DNA from: Ranitomeya imitator
Taxonomy: Eukaryota
DNA length: 64,000 nucleotides
Assembly (NCBI RefSeq): GCF_032444005.1
Contig: NC_091282.1
Span: 71,734,001-71,798,000 of the forward strand
Direction: 5' to 3'
The notes below the pieces were generated by a model. It was given only the letters and a program-made list of their open reading frames with translations. It was not told the origin of the DNA and ran no database searches. A program made the position numbers and the translations under genes. Shown here one piece after another: positions 21,865-32,500 of the stretch. Positions within the stretch are counted from its first letter, which is position 1. Each line of letters begins with the position of its first letter.

Positions 21865-23044
21865 GTTTGATACCGTGCCGCACAAGAGGTTGGTACACAA
21901 AATGAGAATGCTTGGTCTGGGGGAAAATGTGTGTAAATGGGTTAGTAACTGGCTTAGTGATAGAAAGCAGAGGGTGGTTATAAATGGTATAGTCTCTAAC
22001 TGGGTCGCTGTGACCAGTGGGGTACCGCAGGGGTCAGTATTGGGGCCTGTTCTCTTCAAGATATTCATTAATGATCTGGTAGAAGGTTTACACAGTAAAA
22101 TATCGATATTTGCAGATGATACAAAACTATGTAAAGCAGTTAATACAAGAGAAGATAGTATTCTGCTACAGATGGATCTGGATAAGTTGGAAACTTGGGC
22201 TGAAAGGTGGCAGATGAGGTTTAACAATGATAAATGTAAGGTTATACACATGGGAAGAGGGAATCAATATCACCATTACACACTGAATGGGAAACCACTG
22301 GGTAAATCTGACAGGGAGAAGGACTTGTGGATCCTGGTTAATGATAAACTTACCTGGAGCAGCCAGTGCCAGGCAGCAGCTGCCAAGGCAAACAAGATCA
22401 TGGGGTGCATTAAAAGAGGTCTGGATACACATGATGAGAGCATTATACTGCCTCTGTACAAATCCCTAGTTAGACCGCACATGGAGTACTGTGTCCAGTT
22501 TTGGGCACCGGTGCTCAGGAAGGATATAATGGAACTAGAGAGAGTACAAAGGAGGGCAACAAAATTAATAAAGGGGATGGGAGAACTACAATACCCAGAT
22601 AGATTAGCGAAATTAGGATTATTTAGTCTAGAAAAAAGACGACTGAGGGGCGATCTAATAACCATGTATAAGTATATAAGGGGACAATACAAATATCTCG
22701 CTGAGGATCTGTTTATACCAAGGAAGGTGACGGGCACAAGGGGGCATTCTTTGCGTCTGGAGGAGAGAAGGTTTTTCCACCAACATAGAAGAGGATTCTT
22801 TACTGTTAGGGCAGTGAGAATCTGGAATTGCTTGCCTGAGGAGGTGGTGATGGCGAACTCAGTCGAGGGGTTCAAGAGAGGCCTGGATGTCTTCCTGGAG
22901 CAGAACAATATTGTATCATACAATTATTAGGTTCTGTAGAAGGACGTAGATCTGGGGATTTATTATGATGGAATATAGGCTGAACTGGATGGACAAATGT
23001 CTTTTTTCGGCCTTACTAACTATGTTATGTTACTATGTTATGTT
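21865..23044 (+). mobile_element. 5'-truncated CR1 LINE (RT C-half open to the native stop at 22930) inserted in the Penelope pLTR
   Basis: FDTVPH, GVPQGSVLGP, IFADDTKL; CR1 3' end with (TACTATGT)-like tail; AACC duplicated at 21861-64 and 23045-48. Confidence 0.92.
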
Positions 23045-23350
23045 AACCACTGAGGACTCTCAAATCTAAATATTTTTATATCTACTGGCTAACACGGTAC
23101 CAAGATATATTTCTTTCCTGTATAAATTAGGTGGGAAGTTAGGAATCTAACGATCTTAAAAGTCAAGATGGTCAAGAAAAGACATTGTTGTGATTTCAAA
23201 TACTAAAAATAAGAGGATGAATATTTATTGGTTGGGATTACAGAAATGTAATGGTTATTCAACCCTTAGAAAGTCAAAGAGAGAGTATTAATTGAGGAGT
23301 CTGGGTCAGCCATGGCTTGGTCACGATGTGTATAAATCTAGGTCATCCTC

Positions 23351-23555
23351 TTACTGCTGATCATACAGCGGAGTGATTGTTCCGTCCTTCCACTCGATCA
23401 GGATCTCTCCATGCCTCAGGGTCGTTGAGTTAGAATCTGGACCCGGATAATCAGACAGGTCGACCTTGCCGGTTAAAGGGGATTGCTCATAGGGAGAACC
23501 AAATTTATGGTGAGGTTTGACATGATTTGGTAGTGCTGATAAAAGTTTCCGTTTC
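23351..23555 (-). CDS. Coding exon 6, cytoplasmic tail to the stop codon
   Basis: TTTTACCTTCCAG|G AAA CGG AAA; 67 codons to TAA; the only long open frame, and phase 2 matches exon 5. Confidence 0.85.
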
Positions 23556-26500
23556 CTGGAAGGTAAAATAATATTTTAATATTACACCTTTAAATTTATG
23601 TATAACATTTGCTAAATATTCTGTACTAGCCTTGTAATGAGTATTTAAAGAGGAATTGTCATCAGGTCAAAAGTGGCCAGTTCCTGTCTCTATTATATTC
23701 CTGCTACTCCCTTGTGTTATCTGTTTTCTGTTTTTTAAAAATCCGCCATACCGTTCCAGAGATATTGGCCTTTTTATTTAGTGTTAATGTTTCTGGCCTT
23801 TACTAAGGGGCGTGGCTCACAGGGTAATAATGTGTAAAAGCCCAAAGACACGCCCAGGAGAATTATGTGAGCCACGCCCCTTTAGTAAAGGTCCTAAAAA
23901 TTAGTGCAAGATAAAAAGACCCATATTTCTGGCACTATATGGTGGATTTTTAAAAAGAAAAAAATGGAATCTTCAGGACAGCGTCAGGAATAAAATAAGA
24001 GCAAAAACTACCCACTTTGGACCTGGTGACAGGTTCTCTTTAAATCAGACTTACTTGTTGACACGGACATTCAGTACAAGTATGATCACCCCTAGGATGA
24101 ATGTAAAGGGGCTTAAAATCAACATGGCGATTCTCCATCCACTGCCTGTGAGAAGAGGAGGAATATTAATAATAATAATAATAATAATAATTTTATTTAT
24201 ATAGCGCCAACATATTCCGCAGCGCTTTACAAATTATAGAGGGGACTTGTACAGACAATAGACATTACAGCATAACAGAAATCACAGTTCAAAATAGATA
24301 CCAGGAGGAGTGAGGGCCCTGCTCGCAAGCTTACAAACTATGAGGAAAAGGGGAGACACGAGAGGTGGATGGTAACAATTGCTTTAGTTATTCGGACCGG
24401 CCATAGTGTAAGGCTCAGGTGTTCATGTAAAGCTGCATGAACCAGTTAACTGCCTAAGTATGTAGCAGTACAGACACAGAGGCTATTAACTGCATAAAGT
24501 GTATGAGAACATGATACGAGGAACTTTTTTTTTTATTTTTTTTTTTTACGATAGGCCACACCGGGATCATTAGGTTAATGTGTTGAGGCGGTAGGCCAAT
24601 CTGAACAAATGAGTTTTTAGGGCACGCTTAAAACTGTGTGGATTGGGGATTAATCGTATTAACCTGGGTACTGCATTCCAAAGAATCGGTGCAGCACGTG
24701 TAAAGTCTTGGAGACGGGAGTGGGAGGTTCTGATTATTGAGGATGCTAACCTGAGGTCATGAGCGGAGGGCACGGGTAGGGTGGTAGACTGAGACCAGAG
24801 AGGAGATGTAGGGTGGTGCTGAGCCATGGAGTGCTTTGTGGATGAGGGTAGTAGTTTTGTACTGGATTCTGGAGTGGATGGGTAGCCAGTGTAATGACTG
24901 GCACAAGGTAGAGGCATCGGTGTAACGGTTGGTGAGGAATATGATCCTGGCTGCAGCATTCAGGACAGATTGGAGCGGGGAGAGTTTGGTAAGAGGGAGG
25001 CCGATTAGTGGAGAGTTACCATAGTCCAGAATATTGAATAATGTTGAATGATAGTCCACAATACTTTGTAAATTACTTTCATCATATAACTCTATAGGGA
25101 TCAGAATTTTGTTTTTATAATACACAGCCCCAAATCAAACCACATGCGTCATTGAAAGAGGGGGTAGACCCCCGAAGTGTAAGGAAATGATTGCACAGTT
25201 GTAACTTAGAGTGAATATGTTTTTCATTATTCACTGTTTTTGCGTATTTGAAAGAAAGCCAAGATAAAAACTTTTCTAAAGTGCTAGAGAAACTTCTTGA
25301 GTGGTGTCCTTTCTAATATACTGTATACAAGGTCCCTTGCTTTCATTTGCAGGACTACAGAGTTTACAAAATGTTTTTGGCCTGCAGCCTCCAGTAGGGG
25401 GAGCTCTCTGTATACAGCTCTCACAGAACTCAGTATCCAACAGGTTTTCAGATTTCAGAAAACCCCCAGCCCCCTGCAGCTATTTGTTTAGTAAGAAAAA
25501 ACCTTCCGTTCAGCACTAAGATTACGACTCTGCTAGAGGTGCCTGATTGGTTGCAGTGCTGTCCACGTGACTTCAGCGCTGCAGACAACTAGTAGCGTCA
25601 GAAACTCTGTGCTGGACCCGGGGAGGGTGATTCAAGATTTTTTTTTTTTAAACAAACTGCAGCCGGGGGACCTCGGAAAACCCCCTTTAATAATCAGTCT
25701 TCAGTAAGGTAAAAATTTGAATTGACCAACCAAGCTGTACGATATGCAGACTTTATGGAAAATTGGTGCATGGCTGGACAGTTTTCTTTTTAGTTTTTTG
25801 TTTTTTTTCAAATCTGTGCCATTTAAGAGATATCTTTTTTTTGGGGACATAGCATAGTGAGGAATTATTTGCTTGACAAGTGTCAGTTTTTAATGGCACA
25901 GTCTATTGTAGCATATTATGCACTTGTGGCGCCCCAGGGTCCTGGTTGTCACAGTGACGCTGCTTTCCTCACAGGGAGAGTGATGTTACCTTTGGAAGTG
26001 ATGAAGGATATCTTTTATCAGGTAACCACAATGCACACAACATGTTCCCACTCCAGGCCACAAGGGGGAGCTTTTGATCCTATTTCTAGGCGACTCCCCT
26101 GCATATGCATATATTCTGGTTTGGAGGGAAGTTAGTCAGATTCTGTCAGAGGACAGAGGAGAGAGCAGTCAGACATGAAGTGTCAGAAGGACTGAAGGAG
26201 CCGTGAAGCCAGAGCCACTACAGCTCCTAAAGAAAGAGACATACAGAAGGAAACAACATCGTTCAGTGAGCGTTCCGGAGAGCGAAGCACAGGAGAGTGA
26301 TATCAGGGGAGACCAGCTATGAGCAGGCTGCCTCCCTCTGAAGCGCAGATAACCGGTATCCGGACCACCGAGGTTGTAAGGGACTCTATGACTTACAGCA
26401 GAGAGTGGCAAGTTACCTGTCCACCACACACACCTGAAGACACAGTAACACATAGAGCCCGGGGCGTGATAGAGTCCCTGTAAAAAGGCTCGAGTTACCT

Positions 26501-29500
26501 GTCATACAGGCATTGTCCTATCCTACATGGGGGACAGAGAGAAGAACTGTGAGGACCTTATCTGAAGCCATAGGCGGTAAGGGACTACAACACCACCACG
26601 CTAGAGGAAGGCTTTTAACTCCACCTGGTAAAGGGGAACTCTGGATCTGCTTCCAAGCCAGCCGGAACCTGCCAGCCCTGTGATCTGGTGCCCTCGACTG
26701 TGGCTGCCTGAAGTCTTCAGTAAACCAGGTAAAGAGACTGCAAACCTGTGTCCTTGTTCTTTACTGCACCATTCACCATCTTCCATCTACACACCGGGAG
26801 CCCTGGGGATATACTTCACCTGTGGGAAGGTATACCATCTAGCTGCCATAACCTCACCCCAGTGGACCCCTTAAAGCAGCGTTGGTCTCCACTGACCGAA
26901 TACCACAGGTGGCGTCACGAACATAAACTTTATTCAATTTCCCCTTTTACATGGGCGCCCAGGGCCACGGACCGGGTCGCCACCGTGACATCCCCCTGTG
27001 AACACTGGACCCGGTACCGGGTACCCCACGGCCCTGGTGGGCGACTCATCTTGGAGTCACGAACAGGATGGACCGACCCTGAGAATCGGGTCATGTGCGC
27101 CTAAAAGACTGTGTTGTGCTGAGAGACTGTACATTGTGAATTGCCGCCAAAACGTCCGCCATTATAGTGCCACGAGGAACGCTGGAAAAGACAAGTGCGC
27201 CATCATGGGTGAGAACTAACTGTGTGGCGCGAAAATAATGGCCGCCCACTTCAAATACTTCTGTACCATGTGGACATGCCCATCAGCAACTGAGATCCAC
27301 CTCCTGATCCTGAATGGCGGAAGAAAGAAAAAGAAGAAGCTCCGCCCCCGAAGGAGAGAGCGGGAACTGGAGGAGGACGCAGGAAGCAATGTGGAGGACA
27401 CCACGGCGAGCAACCTGGACCCGGAGTGTGGGGTGGAAGCTGAGGACTCCCCCAGCCACCAGGATGGAAGCTGCGGCGAGCTGTCACCAGAAGTCCCGGA
27501 GTTCCAGCAAGCCAGAGTGAAAGAACTCACCGACCAGCTCCTGCAGATGCAGCTGAACTCTGAGGCCACGTGGAAGCGTGTTATGATGTGGTGGTTTAGG
27601 AGCAACATGGAACTAGCTCTGAAGGAAGTGGTAACTGTACTGACCGCAGTCCCTAAGCTCAACACAACACTAGAAGTAGCCGTGGGGTGCTTCTAACTCT
27701 CCCTAGGCACCTCGTCACCGCCTAAGAGCTAACTACCCCTAAAGATAGAAGCAGGAAAACTATCTTGCCTCAGAGAAAATCCCCAAAGGATAGATTAGCC
27801 CCCCACAAATAATGACTGTGAGTGGAGAGGGAAAAGACATACACAGAATGAAACCAGGATGAGCACAGGAGGCCAGTCTAACTTGATAGATAGGACAGGA
27901 TGGAATACTGTGCGGTCAGTATAAAACACTACAAAAATCCACGCAAAGTTTACTAAAAATCTCCACACCTGACTAAAGGTGTGGAAGGTAAATCTGCTTC
28001 CCAGAGCTTCCAGCAAGACAGAATTAATTCATACTGATAACGCTGGACAAACATAGAAGCACAGAACGGAAAAGTCCACAAACAGTGAACAGAAAAGAGA
28101 AAGCAAAAACTTAGCTTTGCTGAACTGGTCAGGATAACAGGGAACTCCAAAGAGATGTGAATCCAACCAGGAACCATTTACAAGTGGCACTGGCTGAAGG
28201 ACAGAGCCAGGCATAAATAGCCGAGCAGAAAAGACGATCAGTGGAAGCAGCTGAAGACAGCTAACTCCAAAGAGCAGCCATACCACTAGAAACCACAAGA
28301 GGGAGCCCAAGAGCAGAACTCACAAAAGTGCCACTTACAACCACCGGAGGGAGCCCAAGAGCGGAATTCACAACAGAAGGCGGCGCAAGGAGAAAAGCTG
28401 CAGGAACCGAGTCCTGTTCGACGGCCCCTGACAGCAGTAGAGACCGGCTCCGGAGACACCGCAGCAGCAGGTAAGGAGACCGACCCTGCCCCGGTAGCCA
28501 AGGAATTCCTAGTGGGCCCACTAGCTGCAATACCCCGTTATGGATCTGGATGGATTCAGATCCTGGGGGAATGGGACCAGGCCACAGGGATGGAAAGTTT
28601 TATGAAGGCCCCAATCCAGCCTGCCGGGAGAATTCTACGCGGAATGGACTGTATACCGCTGGGTGAACCCTGGGACAGATCTTATGGGGTTCCCAGGGGC
28701 AGAAAAGAAGGAAGGAGATGTCCTAGAGATTCTGAGCTGGAAGGAATACCAACAACAACTTGCCCGTAAATGGGAGGCTAAGGAGGAGGAGTCCCAGGCC
28801 CGGCGCAAAGCCTTTGACGAGAGGGACCTATGTGCCAAGGCCCAGGCCCACAAGGACCGCCAGACAAACCAGGTTGGAGTTTCATTAAGGAGCCAGGCCT
28901 GTACGCTGAGATCTTTGTTAATAGGAGGGACGTGGAGTCCCACCTCTGGGAAGGACACCTGGACAGGGACCTTTACCCCGGCGATCGTGTCACGTACACC
29001 AGACATCTTGGTGAAAAAGGGTGGTATGCTTTAAATTTGAAAAAGCAAAGAGACATTGCCCCAAAGCTGGCTAAACCAAAGGCACCAGTAGCGCCACCTA
29101 GCGCCAAAGTAGCCACCACCACTAATACTCCCACTGTGACCCCAGCTTGCACCTCCAAGACTACAGTGTGCACCATAACCACCACTGAGACAGCAGTGGC
29201 AGCCTCACCAGCCATTACGTGTACCCAGGCTACACAGACTGAACTGATAACCACGTGCAGCTGCACTCAGACCCGCATAGTGGGAACTGACAACATGTTC
29301 ATCATCCCTGGAATCAGGTTGGAACCTAATATGAGTGAGCGTAGCGTCCAGGTGCTACCAAAAGAACCATAAGACTAAATCTGAAAAGCAATATGACTGT
29401 TAATAAGTTATCTGTTTGAAAGTTTGTTTTACCTGGCCAAGGTTTTAAGCACTAAAGAATCTAACAGTTTAAAGGACATTCGGATCATGGACAGTGAATG

Positions 29501-32500
29501 ATTCACAAACTCTGTTGCATATAGCTGGCACCTATTTAGGTGCTTCCTACTGGTTTTACAAAGAAGCTTTAAAGAAACTGTTTCTAATATTGCTCTGAAA
29601 GTTGCCTTGTTTTACAGAGACCTGAAGAAAAACCCGTTTGGTGCGGCAGGATTCTGGGTCTGGATACACGCCTTGTAGCCCACCTAAAGCCTACGTTGAG
29701 GGTTGATGACGGGTCCCTCACATCGTTGCTGCTGTATAAAGTTATTAATGGACTTGAATATTAACTTGAATGATAAATTTCACCTTTAAAAATGCTACCT
29801 CAGTATAAAAAGTTAAATGTGTTGCACTTTAAGGTAGCCATAATGTTTGATCCAGTTAGAGAAAGTGAGAAAAATACTAATGACTTGGAAAAAAAAAAAG
29901 AAAAAACATGTTGCACCCTTAAAGGGAATGTTGATTTGTTGCACTTTAATAAAATGATAGCATTTGAAAGTGTCAGAAAAGTTAGTTAGAACTGTATTTT
30001 ATAAGCCAGATATTGTTATGTGCAGAAAGTATTGATGTCTAATGTTGCACTTTTGAATTAAGCGGACCTGATGCAGTATACCCGTAAGGGTAGTCACCGT
30101 TTGTCGGAAAAGTTCTGCACTTTGAAGAAAATAAAGAAAATGTTTGTTTTGCACTTTGAAGCCTTAAGAGATAGTATACCCGTAGAGGGTAATTGCCTTT
30201 CATAGTTAGTTATCATACTGTTTTCTATTTTCGGAAAGTACGCGTACTAAGTATAAATGGTCTTGTAATGTTCACGCATCAATTCCTCCCATAAAGGGAA
30301 GCTCCAGTTTACACTATTAACTTGTTCTATTTGTTTACAGCATTTAAAAATTTGTGTATCTTTTTGCTAATATGTATTGTTGTTCTTCTTTTCCCAGTAC
30401 TGGAGTACTGGATTTAACGGGGGGGGAGTGTGGCGCCCCAGGGTCCTGGTTGTCACAGTGTCGCTGCTTTCCTCACGGGGAGAGTGGTGTTACGTTTGGA
30501 AGCGATGAAGGATACCTTTTATCAGGTAACCACAATGCACACAACATGTTCCCACTCCAGGCCACAAGGGGGAGCTTTTGATCCTATTTCTAGGTGACTC
30601 CCCTGCATATGCATATATTAAGGTTTGGAGGGAAGTTAGTCAGATTCTGTCAGAGGACAGAGGAGAGAGTAGTCAGACATGAAGTGTCAGAAGGACTGAA
30701 GGAGCAGTGTAGCCAGAGTTGCTACAGCTCCTAAAGAAAGAGTCATACAGAAGGAAAAAACATCGTTCAGTGAGCGTGCAGGAGAGCAAAGCACAGGAGA
30801 GCTGCAAGCAGGCTGCCTCCCTCTGAAGCCCAGATAACCGGTAGCCGGAACACTAAGGTTGTAAGGGACTCTACGACTTACAACAGAGACGGACAGGACA
30901 GCTGAACTGCAAGTTACCTGTCCACAACACACACCTAAAGACACAGTAACACATAGAGCCCGGAGCGTGATAGAGTCCCTGTAAAAAGGCTCGAGTTACC
31001 TGTCATACAGGTATTCTCCTATCCTATATGGGGGACAGAGAGAAGAACTGTGAGGACCTTATCTGAAGCCATAGGCGGTAAGGGACTACAACACCACCGC
31101 GCTAGAGGAAGGCTTTCAACTCCACCTGGTAAAGGGGAACTCTGGATCTGCTTCCAAGCCAGCCGGAACCTGCCAGCCCTGTGATCTGGTGCCCTCGACT
31201 GTGGCTGCCTGAAGTCTTCAGTAAACCAGGTAAAGAGACTGCAAACCTGTGTCCTTGTTCTTTACTGCACCATTCACCATCTTCCATCTACACACCGGGA
31301 GCCCTGGGGATATACTTCACCTGTGGGAAGGTATACCATCTAGCTGCCATAACATCACCTCAGAGGACCCCTTAAAGCAGCGTCGGTCCCCACTGACTGA
31401 ATACCACAGGTGGCGTCACGAACATAAACTTTATTCAATTTCCCCTTTTACATGGGGCCCAGGGCCACGGACCGGGTTGCCACCGTGACATCCTCCTGTG
31501 AACACCAGACCGGGTATCGGGTACCCCATGGCCCTGGCGGGTGACTTACACTAAAATACAGCAAAACATTATTTCTGGGCTTCAGATTAAGAAAGAAGAA
31601 AAAAAGCTATTTTGCCATTGGTTTCGGGGTTACCTTTTTACTGTAGTCAAAGTGCAGTAAAAATTACATGTTTTTTTGTAGCTCTGGAAAAGTACAACAA
31701 TATCACATACCATATATATTATTTCTTTATGGTTTACTAATTTTACAAGCTAAAAATCTTTTAAAAAGAAAAATGTATTTATTTTACTCACAGAGCCACC
31801 ATGCTAACCACTAAGCCATTGTGCTAACCACTGAGCCACCGGGCTAACCACTGAGCCACCGGGCTAACCACTGAGCCCCCGGGCTAACCACTGAGCCACC
31901 GGGCTAACCACTGAGCCACAGTGCTGCCTTTTGTTTAATTTTTTTGCCATGTTTTGAAACCTATAACTTTTTTTGAGAACTTGTTTTTTTTCCCTTTTTT
32001 TTATAGTGGGGTGAGCTGAGTATTGGCGCTATTTTATTTTAGCATACAGTTTATACAACTTTTGCTCAATGTTATACCATTTTTTGGCGAGGTGAATGAA
32101 AAACAGCAATTCTGGCATTTTTTATTTATACTATGCTGGATAAAAAAATATATTTTAATAATTTGTACCTTTCCTTACGCAATAATGGCAAGTATGCTTA
32201 ATCTAATATATAATTGCCTAGAATACTACTTCCTGCAATTTGTGCCAACTTCCTGTCCGGAGCTAATGTCCGGAGCTAATGTCCAGAGCTAATGTCCGGA
32301 GCTAATGTCCGGAGCTAATGTGCGGAGCTAATGTCCGGAGCTAATGTCCGGAGCTAATGTGCGGAGCTAATGTCCGGAGCTAATGTGCGGAGATAATGTC
32401 CGGAGCTAATGTCCGGAGCTAATGTGCGGAGATAATGTCTGGAGCTAATGTCCGGAGCTAATGTGCGGAGATAATGTCCGGAGCTAATGTCCGGAGCTAA

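Larger units (their letters stand above)
20147..23118 (+). mobile_element. Second Penelope-like element (Neptune-type, 5'-truncated, frameshifted) with a short inverted arm
   Basis: 16-bp flanking duplication TGTATAAATTAGGTGG (20131-46, 23119-34); inverted arm 20147-20344; forward part 20345-23118 minus the CR1 insertion. Confidence 0.88.
25925..31548 (+). mobile_element. Non-autonomous Gypsy-type LTR element (LTRs 25925-27048 and 30429-31548), no pol
   Basis: Paired ~1.12-kb LTRs starting TGTGGCGCCCC; 4-bp TSD CACT; PBS TGGAGTCACGAACAGGAT (27052-69), complementary with 1 mismatch to a vertebrate tRNA-Ser(CGA) 3' end; G-rich PPT before 30429. Confidence 0.9.

Noticed and set aside
21782-22930. 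382-aa ORF as a real novel protein
   Set aside because: The N-terminal 28 aa are read through ribozyme/pLTR sequence from a TTG; the rest is truncated CR1 RT. It is a chance in-frame junction.
27579-28375. TSD around the nested solo LTR
   Set aside because: The flanks (AAGCG / GAAGG) do not form a clean duplication, so none is claimed.
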